Translations under genes and position numbers: made by a program
The notes under the pieces: generated by a model
What the model was told of the DNA's origin: nothing
What the model saw: the letters and a program-made list of their open reading frames with translations, nothing else
Databases searched by the model: none
Assembly: GCA_963845065.1 (NCBI GenBank)
Contig: CAWJQQ010000009.1
Location: forward strand, 416,001-480,000
Reading direction: 5' to 3'
Source: Nitrospirota bacterium
GTDB lineage: Bacteria > Nitrospirota > UBA9217
Length of the DNA: 64,000 nt
Shown: piece after piece, positions 8,814 to 18,399 of the stretch
How positions within the stretch are numbered: position 1 is the first letter of the stretch
Layout: each line of letters begins with the position of its first letter

Positions 8814-10169
8814 TTAAGGTGCGGTAATGATGGAGGAGGGCTGCGACCCCGCTAAGACTGTGGCTGGGGTCATTGGTGTGAGCGCCCCATTCGCGCCGAT
8901 CGTGTACTGCGAGACGTTGCCGCCGTTGTTCGCTACATAGGCATAATTGCCCGCCGGGGTGATCGTGACGGAGGTGGGCTGTGTCCCCGCTAAGACCGAG
9001 GCTGGGGCCATGGGCGTGAGCGCCCCATTTGCGCCAATCGTGTACTGCGAGACGTTGCCGCCGTTGTTCGCTACATAGGCATAATTGCCCGCCGGGGTGA
9101 TCGTGACGGAGGTGGGCTGTGTCCCCGCTAAGACCGAGGCTGGGGCCATGGGCGTGAGCGCCCCATTCGCGCCAATCGTGTACTGCGAGACGTTCCCGCC
9201 GTTGTTAGCCACATAAGCAAAATTGCCTAACGGGGCGACCGTAACGGAGGTGGGCTGCGTCCCTGCTAAAACTGTGGCTGGGGCCATGGGCGTGAGCGCC
9301 CCATTCGCGCCGATCGTGTACTGCGAGACGTTGCCGCCGTTGTTCGCTACATAGGCGTATTTGCCTGATGGAGCTACCGCGACGGAGGCGGGCAGTATCC
9401 CCGCTAAGACCGAGGCTGGGGCCATGGGCGTGAGCGCCCCATTCGCGCCGATCGTGTACTGCGAGACGTTGCCGCCATTGTTCGCCACGTAGGCATAATT
9501 GCCCGAGGGAGCTATCGTGACGGAGGTGGGCTGTGTCCCCGCTAAAACTGTGGCTGGGGCCATGGGTGTGAGCTCTCCATTCGTGCCGATCGTGTACTGC
9601 GAGACGTTGCCGCCGCCGTTCGCTACGTAGGCGTATTTGCCCGAGGGAGATACAGTAACGGAGGTAGGCTGCGACCCTGCTAAGACCGTGGCTGGGGTCA
9701 TTGGTGTGAGCGTCCCATTCGCGCCGATCGTGTACTGCGATACGTTGATGCTTGCGTAGTTTGCCACGTAGGCATACCTCACGTTAGTGGTCCACATCGC
9801 GTACAAGGTGACATTTGCCGCACCCATTATGAAGGTCTGCGTCGGCGAATAGGTCGTCCCGGATCCATCAGGCTGCGTGTTCCAGCCCGAGAAGGAGAAG
9901 CTAGTTTTGACGAGGTTGCCCGTATTGCCAAGCACTGTTACGGTCTGCCCCTGTGCGTAATTGGTTGAGTCAATCGGGACGCTGCCGCCGGTGTTACCAT
10001 TGCCGTTATAGGTTACGGTAAATGTGGACGGACCACCGGACGAATTGCCGGACGAGCTGCTACTGCTATTGCTATTAATTATACCCCCACTGGGTCCACA
10101 GGCAGCCAGCATAAAAGCGGATATAGTGAGCACCAAGAATGTCTCCCTCAACTTCTTGAGACCGTGCAT
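8814..10169 (-). CDS. Lipoprotein with InlB B-repeat-like domain and 7-bladed lactonase/YVTN-like beta-propeller
   Basis: LAAC lipobox; Ser/Gly linker; VTYNGNG...FSGWNT...TLYAMW; seven YAYVAN blades. Confidence 0.85.
   Translation of the reverse strand: MHGLKKLRETFLVLTISAFMLAACGPSGGIINSNSSSSSSGNSSGGPSTFTVTYNGNGNTGGSVPIDSTNYAQGQTVTVLGNTGNLVKTSFSFSGWNTQPDGSGTTYSPTQTFIMGAANVTLYAMWTTNVRYAYVANYASINVSQYTIGANGTLTPMTPATVLAGSQPTSVTVSPSGKYAYVANGGGNVSQYTIGTNGELTPMAPATVLAGTQPTSVTIAPSGNYAYVANNGGNVSQYTIGANGALTPMAPASVLAGILPASVAVAPSGKYAYVANNGGNVSQYTIGANGALTPMAPATVLAGTQPTSVTVAPLGNFAYVANNGGNVSQYTIGANGALTPMAPASVLAGTQPTSVTITPAGNYAYVANNGGNVSQYTIGANGALTPMAPASVLAGTQPTSVTITPAGNYAYVANNGGNVSQYTIGANGALTPMTPATVLAGSQPSSIITAP
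8820..9776 (-). repeat. Seven tandem 138-bp (46-aa) intragenic repeats
   Basis: CGTGTACTGCGA recurs at 8901, 9039, 9177, 9315, 9453, 9591 and 9729 (exact 138-bp period). Confidence 0.95.
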
Positions 10170-10682
10170 CGTTCCTTACCTCCTTGGTATAATCAGACCT
10201 AACCAAGTATACCAAACTGTATGTTATCTGAGTCCGAAGCAAGGGAATTACCACATTTTGTTGCAAATATATGCCTGGATTGGCAATCTAGATATTATAT
10301 AGCGATTATTTCAATTTATAGGGATACGATTTTTTGCCATACTCTTTATTATACTAAAGTACAAACTATGGTTATAGGAACGGTTATTGTCATTCAGGAG
10401 TTCGATAAGCCTTGACACCACGGTCTGGAGTCCTTTTCTATGTTTCTATATTTATGGAGCCAGTTCCTCCACGAGTGCAGTAGCACTCGCCGAACCCGAA
10501 TATTTTTTGCTCCAAGCATGCAAGGAATGAACTGGAATACGGTGGAATCCCGCTTACAAAAGGCAATAATATATTGTCGATAAGCCTTTTCCTATGTATT
10601 TTCTATTTTTCTGTTAGCAACCCTACCGACCTGACGTCCGCGATGCTGTGCGATGCGCTTTCGGAGATAGATCTGAAAAAAT

Positions 10683-10718
10683 AAAAGAGGCGTGCTCTTT
10701 GGAGCACGCCTCTTTTTT
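10683..10718. terminator. Bidirectional intrinsic terminator
   Basis: AAAAGAGGCGTGCTC-tttg-GAGCACGCCTCTTTT just past the stop of the barrel gene. Confidence 0.85.
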
Positions 10719-10735
10719 CTGATGACAATATTTAA

Positions 10736-11911
10736 TTACCAGCCGATATCCAGGGTTATGAGTTGACGCTGGTCCTTCTCCTGACCGACATAAGCTCCGA
10801 GCTCTTCAGTGTACATGGCATAGGAGAGCGTGAAGATAAGCAACCTGAGGTCAAAACCAAGGGTCGGGGAGTTGTTGTACATGCCCGCACGAAGGGCAAT
10901 TTCAGCAGGTAAAATATCGAAGAGCTGAAGCTCGGCTCCATAGCGAAATCTTTTGGCCATATCCTTGTCTTGCTTGAAGTTGTCAAGTGCGTCGATGTAA
11001 TCAGCGGCAACGGTCAGATTCCGGGACCATGAGATGGAAGGATTGATGGCCAAACCAACGTTGACGGATTGAGGTATAGTGCCAGCGGGGCCGAAATCGA
11101 GACCCCCGATGTTCAAGATGGAAGCGCCGAATGACGGTTTGAGCACGGAAGCAGGAGCGAATTTCCAGATTAGACCGAAGTCAAAGCCAGTTGCCTCGCC
11201 ACTTTTTTGAAGTGATCTCTGTATATAGTCGCTCAGGTTGTTCTCGTTGTCGACTATTTCCCTTGCTGTAAAATCATGGTTCAGCGTATCACGATGAAGG
11301 GACTTTACCGAGATTCCGGCAAAGAGGTTGTCCGTTAGACCGTAGCTGACGCCGCCAATGCCGCCATAGATCGCGTTTGCATTCACTTCCAGCAAACCGT
11401 CTGACCCGAAGCCCTGGTGGGACACTGCATCCAGCGTGCCGCTCCCGATCCCGCCGACGCCGAAAGCCCACCGATCATAACTATGGCCGATCGACGTAAA
11501 GTCCGCAGCCCGAAGATGCAGGTTTTCTCCACGATATTTCGCAAGTACGTCATCAACTGCCTGCAACTGTTCATCGTTTCCCGAGCTGTCAGTGCCGCTA
11601 GGCTCTTTAAGAGCATCCTGCATGTCCCTTACAAAATGCAGGGTATTTTTCCCGTATTCGACGCTGAGATTAAGTAAATTCACCTCCCAACCCTTGTCCT
11701 GGGGAATGTTGATCAATCCAGCCGGGTTATAAAACAGCGTGTCTACTCGGCCTCCGACTGCAGTGTAGGCGTTGCCCATGCCCATTGCTCTAGTAGACTT
11801 ATAAATATAGGGATATTCGAGAATGGAAGGATTTGCAAATGCACTGGCTGGCATTACGATCAATAATGCACCCCACAAGAGCCAGTGTAGCTTAATTTTT
11901 TCGACCAACAT
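10736..11911 (-). CDS. Outer-membrane beta-barrel, TraF_2/FadL-like
   Basis: Signal peptide; RAMGMGNAYTA...LFYNPAGL motif; alternating beta pattern; C-terminal Trp. Confidence 0.8.
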   Translation of the reverse strand: MLVEKIKLHWLLWGALLIVMPASAFANPSILEYPYIYKSTRAMGMGNAYTAVGGRVDTLFYNPAGLINIPQDKGWEVNLLNLSVEYGKNTLHFVRDMQDALKEPSGTDSSGNDEQLQAVDDVLAKYRGENLHLRAADFTSIGHSYDRWAFGVGGIGSGTLDAVSHQGFGSDGLLEVNANAIYGGIGGVSYGLTDNLFAGISVKSLHRDTLNHDFTAREIVDNENNLSDYIQRSLQKSGEATGFDFGLIWKFAPASVLKPSFGASILNIGGLDFGPAGTIPQSVNVGLAINPSISWSRNLTVAADYIDALDNFKQDKDMAKRFRYGAELQLFDILPAEIALRAGMYNNSPTLGFDLRLLIFTLSYAMYTEELGAYVGQEKDQRQLITLDIGW

Positions 11912-11934
11912 ATTCATGCCTCCTTCCGTCATTA

Positions 11935-13056
11935 CTATAAATTCGTTTGAATATAGTTTGCTATATCCTGCGACGTGCACGATGTCGTGCACGGAGCGCA
12001 CGGCGATGTTGTACAGCTGCAGCACGCCTGGCCTTGAATATCCTGAATGGCTGTTTGAACATCTGAAGTTGATGTGCTGGTAGCTGAAGTGGTGAGTGAT
12101 GAGTTCAAGGAACTGACCGAACCGTCCAGGGATTGATTGACGGCGGAAACGAGGTCAAGGGGCTGACTGTCTTGCACAATGGGGCAAGGCCACGTATCGC
12201 CGTTGCTGGCGTCCGTACACGTTTCACTGGTCGTTGTAGCTACCCACCACTTGCCGGTTGTTGGATCTTGATAGAGGAGTTTTTTATAGGACGTCGGATC
12301 CTGCGGGCTGCAGCCGGAAATGTTACCGCCGGCCACCTGTGTTATCGTGATGGTCAAGCCGCTGTAAGTCCCTGTCACGACTGAGCCCAGGGTATCGTTC
12401 AGATACAGGAGAACGGGAGCAGCCGGTGAATATGTCGCGCCGGAGCAGGATAATGTCGTCCCGGTGCTGATATTTGACGCAGCTATGAGCGCACATGCTG
12501 TGGCGTCTGCCTCATCTGGTACGCCGTTATCATTAGCGTCACAGGTGGTATTCAACGTGCCATTCGAATTAAGGAGGCCGGGTATGACGATCTGAATGAG
12601 TGATAGGCTCTTTACGGCATCAACAAGGCTGATATAAAATTGTGCGTCCTGATAATTAGTATAAGTGTAGTTACCCGTCGTAGATGTCGTGGTGACGTTA
12701 CTATATGCGCTTACAGCATCATCCATATACGTGAGGGAAGACGAAGTTGCGTTGGTCACAAGGGATGTCAGATAAACAGAAAGATCGCTTTGTGTGGCCG
12801 TTGAGCTGCTGATAGAGCCGGTTTTGCTTAAGGCGTTAATTACGTTTGTTACGTCGAAACCAGACAAGCCGAAATAGGCCGCGCCTTTATCCATGTCATT
12901 GGCGCATGACGACGCGATCACGGCGTTATAATTGCCGCTATCGAGGTTCATCGTCACTTCATGAAGACATGCCTGTTCGGAGTTCGTATCGTTGCAGCCA
13001 GAGAAAGCCGCCATAATCCCGGCTGTCAGAAACAAGTACAACAAGCGTCTATGCAT
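11935..13056 (-). CDS. Ser/Thr/Cys-rich lipoprotein
   Basis: GGAGG RBS; FSGC lipobox; DANDNGVPD Ca-binding-like loop; C-terminal CCSCTTSPCAPCTTSC. Confidence 0.8.
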   Translation of the reverse strand: MHRRLLYLFLTAGIMAAFSGCNDTNSEQACLHEVTMNLDSGNYNAVIASSCANDMDKGAAYFGLSGFDVTNVINALSKTGSISSSTATQSDLSVYLTSLVTNATSSSLTYMDDAVSAYSNVTTTSTTGNYTYTNYQDAQFYISLVDAVKSLSLIQIVIPGLLNSNGTLNTTCDANDNGVPDEADATACALIAASNISTGTTLSCSGATYSPAAPVLLYLNDTLGSVVTGTYSGLTITITQVAGGNISGCSPQDPTSYKKLLYQDPTTGKWWVATTTSETCTDASNGDTWPCPIVQDSQPLDLVSAVNQSLDGSVSSLNSSLTTSATSTSTSDVQTAIQDIQGQACCSCTTSPCAPCTTSCTSQDIANYIQTNL

Positions 13057-13129
13057 AGTTTCCTCCTTCACGATAGTAATTGTCTGCTATCTGGCCTTGT
13101 GCAAATCTCTCTCAAGGATTTTATTTAAA

Positions 13130-13156
13130 ACATCGGCAGATTGGGCTCTGCATTGA
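13130..13156 (-). promoter_or_regulatory. Putative sigma28 (FliA) promoter
   Basis: TCAA-N15-GCCGATGT on the minus strand upstream of the lipoprotein. Confidence 0.45.
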
Positions 13157-13279
13157 TCAAACACCAGAATTCTAAAACATGTGGTGGTCCACCATAGTCC
13201 AATACGTGCAGCTGTGGGAACTTCTGCTTCTACCGCAAAAACACTGATAAATCAGGACATAGCGCATTGGAAGATACGG

Positions 13280-13306
13280 ATATCGGCTGAAATTTCAGGT
13301 TGTTAA
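13280..13306 (-). promoter_or_regulatory. Second putative sigma28 promoter
   Basis: TTAA-N15-GCCGATAT on the minus strand. Confidence 0.45.
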
Positions 13307-13465
13307 TCACTTGTGAATCGCTTGAAGCATGGCATGACTAAATAACTATAAAAGGAAGTACTAAAGTCGTCAAGTGAATATTACCCAAGTGGTACGCGTT
13401 CGGTTCGTTATTGAGTTACTTACTATATATACTTTTCGGAACTTTGCCCTGATTCTTTAATCGAC

Positions 13466-13663
13466 TTATGAGAGAATTCCGAGTTTTCTTAAAAAATGGG
13501 CAGATAAAACTCCGAAGAGAAAAAGCGTACCTGTTATGCCGATGAACGTTAGGACAAAGAAGAGGAATTTTCGTGCAGGTGGCTGGTCGAGGGGTCTGAT
13601 CGAGATGAAGTAGACGAGGAAGCTAAAGCCTATCCCGAGGAGGAAAAATATGGTTTCCATCAT
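13466..13663 (-). CDS. Small two-TM hypothetical protein
   Basis: Two hydrophobic segments in 65 aa. Confidence 0.55.
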   Translation of the reverse strand: MMETIFFLLGIGFSFLVYFISIRPLDQPPARKFLFFVLTFIGITGTLFLFGVLSAHFLRKLGILS

Positions 13664-13781
13664 GATGCATAATTTTAAACAATGGCATAGAGACTGTCAA
13701 TATCATTCAGGCTTCATACCGATTAGGATTTTTTATTTGACAGAGTCTGATCTCTCAATTAATATTCAAGTAATTGCAGAT

Positions 13782-14099
13782 ATGAAACAGCGTGATGAAA
13801 ATAGCAACGACGAAGAATGGGAATACGGCGATGTCTGGAAACAGGGGACTCCGGAGGGAGCCGTTCCTGATGATGTCGACTATGTTGATCTGTTTCGCGT
13901 CGATACCGGCATGGGGTACGACGACACGGTCATGCTGGATCTGGTAGGCTATCTCGGTTCCCGGGGAATCCGGGCCACTTTTGATTCATTTTCTATGGGG
14001 CTTGAACCTGCCGCGATAAAGACCTATGTTCTCAAAGTGGAGATTGGAAAAGTGGAAGAAGCAAAGGAGTATCTGGAAGAAAAGTTCAAAGAACGGTGA
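13782..14099 (+). CDS. Acidic hypothetical protein (possibly DUF2007-like)
   Basis: YLGSRGIRA...VLKV...VEEAKEYLE pattern. Confidence 0.55.
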   Translation: MKQRDENSNDEEWEYGDVWKQGTPEGAVPDDVDYVDLFRVDTGMGYDDTVMLDLVGYLGSRGIRATFDSFSMGLEPAAIKTYVLKVEIGKVEEAKEYLEEKFKER

Positions 14100-14194
14100 A
14101 AAATCAAGGGGATACGGCAAAAAGGCCAGAGTGCGAGATTCGTTTTTTGACTTGGGCTTCCTATCCTTGATAATCTGTATCAAAGGAGAGTATC

Positions 14195-14668
14195 ATGTCG
14201 GAAGAGCTGGAAATCAACGAATTAGACGGATCACTCGATGTTTACAAATCCAAAGTTTCGCAGGTGAACAAAGCGACCCTTACCTGGGACAAGGATCTGA
14301 TATTTGTGGGCCGCACGAACCGCGGATATGAAGTTGAGTTCGATGCGGAGCAACAGTGGGGCTGCTCGCCGACCGAAACGCTCTTGTTAAGCGTTGCTGG
14401 GTGTATGGCGATCGACATGGTGTCATTCTTGAAAAAAATGAAGTGCGAAATAAAATCGTACAAGATGGACATTGTTGGCGAACGCAATCCTACGCCTCCC
14501 CAGTATTATACTGCCATGGAGCTGATCATTGCCGTATCTGGCAGCGGGCTCACGGCCAAAAAACTGGAGCGGGCTATTTCTTTGTCTCACGAAAAATACT
14601 GTTCCGTCTACCACACGCTTAGAAAAGATATGAAAATGAAGGTAGACTATACGTTTGAAAACGTATAA
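14195..14668 (+). CDS. OsmC-family protein
   Basis: SPTETLLLSVAGC...AISLSHEKYCSV; GGAG RBS. Confidence 0.9.
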   Translation: MSEELEINELDGSLDVYKSKVSQVNKATLTWDKDLIFVGRTNRGYEVEFDAEQQWGCSPTETLLLSVAGCMAIDMVSFLKKMKCEIKSYKMDIVGERNPTPPQYYTAMELIIAVSGSGLTAKKLERAISLSHEKYCSVYHTLRKDMKMKVDYTFENV

Positions 14669-14955
14669 GGCCTGTGCTTGATGAATAAGAAAGATTCAAA
14701 TAGTCATAAGACATCAACCATAACTGCAGCGCAGTGCTCACTTACTATATTTTAACTTGAATCCTGCGAGATATTGCATTTGGTATTTTAAATCGACCGA
14801 ATCATAAAAATAATTTTTCAGAAGTTGGTTTAACCAAAAAACCTAATTTAAAATAAGGTTTATTCGTAACAAGCCTGCGTCGAAAAATACTATAAACAAA
14901 GATGTTCGGATAATTCGTGTCTCTTTTCCGATGCTGGATTCAGGTTTAAATTTCT

Positions 14956-16080
14956 ATGACTGTCGTTCGCCTGCTGAAAAACGGTATTGAAGCTTTTCCC
15001 GCGATGTTTACAGCCATAGATCGTGCGTCCAAATTCATCGCTCTCGAGATGTACATCGTCTCCGACAACGAGACGGGTCGGGTATTCCGCGATCATCTCA
15101 TCAACGCGGCCAGGAGGGGTGTTCGGGTCAGAGTCTTGATAGACTCCTGGGGATCCTGGAACTTGCCTGACTCATTCTGGAAAGGGCTCCGCCTTGCGGG
15201 CGGTAAAGTCCGCTGGTTTCACCCGCTTTCAAAGGGGCTCTTTCCGTTCCGGAACCATAGAAAACTGCTTTTAATAGACGACGACATTGCATATCTCGGC
15301 GGGCTCAATATTTCCGATGAGTACTTCCGCGGTGCGAACAACGAGCGTCCGTGGAGGGACAACGCGCTCGAGATAATCGGACCCGAGGTTGCTCGGCTGC
15401 GACGCTCTTTTTTCCGCATGTGGGGCATGGCCGATACCACGCTTGTAAGATTGTTCTACAGGCTGAGGAGAGACCGTAAAATGACAAAGGACACCGACAT
15501 GGTGCGATTTCTGGAGAGCGGGCCGGAGAACATGATGCGACCAGTGCGCAAGGCCTATCGCCAGGTGATCCATAACGCGAAACACTCTATTGACCTTGCC
15601 ATGGGGTATTTTTACCCTCACGGCGGGATGATGCGGGCGCTCAAGCGAGCGGTCCGGCGCGGAGTGCGCGTGCGTCTCATGACCCCTCTCCATACGGATT
15701 TGCCAATCACCCGATGGGCTGCACACGGTCTTTATGGCAGGCTACTTCGAGCAGGAGTTGAGGTCTGGGAATATACTCCCTCCATGATGCATGCGAAGCT
15801 CGCGATTGCCGATGATACCGTGATCGCAGGGTCTGCCAACCTCGACGTCCGGAGCGGGAGGATCAATTACGAACTTGTAGCAATCATAACCGACCCGGCG
15901 GTCGCGGAGAAGGCTCGCTCCGACTTCGAAGATGATATTAAACATTCTATATCCATTCGGATCGAGGATTGGCAGACACGATCTGCGTTCCAAAAATTGA
16001 AAGAGCGGTTCAGCTACTGCCTGCTCGCACGGTTTGATATTATAGTTGCCCGGTTTGAGATGGCGAGAAGAATGCGCTAG
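14956..16080 (+). CDS. Cardiolipin synthase, ClsB-like phospholipase D
   Basis: Two HKD motifs: RNHRKLLLIDD and MHAKLAIADD...GSANLD. Confidence 0.88.
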   Translation: MTVVRLLKNGIEAFPAMFTAIDRASKFIALEMYIVSDNETGRVFRDHLINAARRGVRVRVLIDSWGSWNLPDSFWKGLRLAGGKVRWFHPLSKGLFPFRNHRKLLLIDDDIAYLGGLNISDEYFRGANNERPWRDNALEIIGPEVARLRRSFFRMWGMADTTLVRLFYRLRRDRKMTKDTDMVRFLESGPENMMRPVRKAYRQVIHNAKHSIDLAMGYFYPHGGMMRALKRAVRRGVRVRLMTPLHTDLPITRWAAHGLYGRLLRAGVEVWEYTPSMMHAKLAIADDTVIAGSANLDVRSGRINYELVAIITDPAVAEKARSDFEDDIKHSISIRIEDWQTRSAFQKLKERFSYCLLARFDIIVARFEMARRMR

Positions 16081-16150
16081 GTCTGCATTGAATATGGCTG
16101 TGGTTATTCTGGGTGATCGATTTATAGGCCAAAAAAACAGGGAGGTTGAA

Positions 16151-16723
16151 ATGAAACTTAAGGGGACGAAAACGGAAAAGAAGCTTCTCGCTGCCTTTGC
16201 GGGTGAATCGCAGGCTCGGAACCGCTATACCTTTTTTGCAAGTGCAGCGAAAAAGGAAGGGTATGAACAAATCGCCTCGATTTTTCTTGAAACCGCAGAG
16301 AACGAGAAGGAACATGCCAAGCGGTTCTTCACATTCCTCGAAGGCGGCATGGTAGAGTTTACGGCCGCATTTCCGGCAGGCGTCATCGGCACAACGGCAC
16401 AGAACCTAATATCTGCGGCTGCGGGCGAGCATGAAGAATGGACGTCCTTGTATCCCGGTTCTGGGAAAATTGCCGAGGAAGAGGGATTCTTGGCAGTAGC
16501 TGCCGCATTCCGGCAAATTACGAGGGTCGAAGTCGAACATGAGAAGCGGTACCTTAAACTACTGGAGAATATCGAGAAGGGTAAAGTATTCAAAAAAGAT
16601 TCTTCGACGACTTGGATTTGCCGCAACTGCGGTTATCACCACGAAGGCCCCGAGGCTCCGGGACAGTGTCCCGCATGTCTGCATCCGAAAAGCTATTTTG
16701 AGTTATGGCGCGAAAACTATTGA
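16151..16723 (+). CDS. rbr: Rubrerythrin
   Basis: AFAGESQARNRY, ENEKEHA, EVEHE; C-terminal CRNCG...CPAC. Confidence 0.95.
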   Translation: MKLKGTKTEKKLLAAFAGESQARNRYTFFASAAKKEGYEQIASIFLETAENEKEHAKRFFTFLEGGMVEFTAAFPAGVIGTTAQNLISAAAGEHEEWTSLYPGSGKIAEEEGFLAVAAAFRQITRVEVEHEKRYLKLLENIEKGKVFKKDSSTTWICRNCGYHHEGPEAPGQCPACLHPKSYFELWRENY

Positions 16724-17028
16724 TCTTTGAGAAATATTTTGCGGCGATTGACTGGGTTTTTCCCTCCAGTCTGTTGCCATAAATGAATGCAACCGTGCCG
16801 CTTTTCTCTTGCTTGACTAAGAGCAGCAAACTTGGCATTACAGGCCTATTCACTCTTCGAGGGGAAAATGATGTCTTAGGACAACCCGCCTCCTCAAAGC
16901 CTTCTTAAAAAACCTTTCCGAATATGCCGCAAGCGAAATCATAAGGTATTATCCCGTACTGCTTGAGTTTTTCAACGTTGTTGCGGAATCGCTGTGCTTT
17001 TAGCGGCGGGAGTACGTTAATCTGGATT

Positions 17029-18303
17029 TTAATGTACAGAGCAGGAAATACAGGGATCGTAGGACCGGACTAACATCTGCGCGAGGAGCTCAATTTTCTG
17101 ATCATCGATCCCTTGTGAAGCGTATTGATTAACAAGAGCGATGAGATCTTGTTGAATGTTGGCATGGTTTTGGCTCGTTGGGATAACACAGTCAGCGGAC
17201 ACAATTTTACCACCGCCATCGAACTCATAACAGTGATAGAGGATTCCCCGTGGCACTTCAACAGCGCCAACCCCAATTCCGCTCTTCGGTGCAAACTGAC
17301 TACGCGGTTCTCGCCACGTTAAGCCTGTAAGTTCATCGATGAGGGCAATGGACTCCTTGACCACGTGCACGCATTCCACCAGCTGAGCAATATTATTCAT
17401 GTAGGGGTTGTGGGTCACCGGCTGGAGGCCGAAGCTTACGGCAACTTCCTGCGCAGCAGGATTAAGGAACTTGAAATTATTGTTGACCCGGGCTAGTGCT
17501 CCCACAGCAAATGACTCGCGCGATAACCGGCTCCATTTTGACGTCGACTGTTCCACCAGGAATTCATTGGTCATTAGCCGGTATTCATGTTCTTTCCGGG
17601 TAACGCCATCCGTGGAAATCAAATCCCCTCCTATGAAAGGATAATTTCCTTCAGCTTTCAGCGAAACAAACTCGGTTTCTCGAATGAAGTCGGGTATTGC
17701 GAATGTCCGGAATAATTCTACGGTTTGCAACAGATCTTCTCCCATATCTTTCAGCCGGGTTCTAAATTGTATGAGGTCCTTTTTATCAGGAAGCATGGTG
17801 AACCCGCCCACGACCGTTCGTGTGGGATGCATTCGCCGCCCGCCTATGCAGTCGCAGACGTCATTTGCCACTTGCTTCATTCGTGCAGCCCTCTGTACCA
17901 CATCGGGATGAGAACCGATCAGCGGGAAAACGCTGCCTGTATTTAAAAAATCGGGGGCCGCCAGGAAGTACAGATGAAGCATATGGCTCTGAAGCGTCTC
18001 CATATGCTTAAGCAGGAGACGCAGTTTATTCGTTTGCTCCGTCGGTATGAAAGCAAAGGCATTTTCTACTGCACGTATACTTGCCAGCGTATGGCCTATG
18101 GAACAGATGCCACAAATTCTGCCGCTGATCCAGGGAGCATTCTCCCAGGACTTTCCAACAAGCATTGCCTCGAAGAACCGGGGAGTTTCTACGATTTCCC
18201 AGCGTGCTTCCTCAAGATTACCATCCCGAATTTTTATCTTAATGTTGCCATGACCTTCGACCCGGGTTATGTGGTGAATATCGATCGTACGGGTTGATTT
18301 CAT
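17029..18303 (-). CDS. Group 3b [NiFe] hydrogenase large (alpha) subunit
   Basis: TRVEGHG, RICGIC, EVPRG, YDPCISCSVH. Confidence 0.95.
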   Translation of the reverse strand: MKSTRTIDIHHITRVEGHGNIKIKIRDGNLEEARWEIVETPRFFEAMLVGKSWENAPWISGRICGICSIGHTLASIRAVENAFAFIPTEQTNKLRLLLKHMETLQSHMLHLYFLAAPDFLNTGSVFPLIGSHPDVVQRAARMKQVANDVCDCIGGRRMHPTRTVVGGFTMLPDKKDLIQFRTRLKDMGEDLLQTVELFRTFAIPDFIRETEFVSLKAEGNYPFIGGDLISTDGVTRKEHEYRLMTNEFLVEQSTSKWSRLSRESFAVGALARVNNNFKFLNPAAQEVAVSFGLQPVTHNPYMNNIAQLVECVHVVKESIALIDELTGLTWREPRSQFAPKSGIGVGAVEVPRGILYHCYEFDGGGKIVSADCVIPTSQNHANIQQDLIALVNQYASQGIDDQKIELLAQMLVRSYDPCISCSVH

Positions 18304-18399
18304 TATAATGTAAGCCTCATAAAAAAAACTAGCTGTCAAGAATACGAAGAGAAAGTTATAAAATTATCCGTCGGATTCAGTCCATGTCATCGTGTCATG

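Noticed and set aside
8820..9776. Repeats as a CRISPR array or DGR
   Set aside because: In-frame coding repeats with no unique spacers; no cas gene or reverse transcriptase in the window.
10736..11911. Conjugative element suggested by the TraF-like barrel
   Set aside because: No relaxase, coupling protein or T4SS genes nearby.
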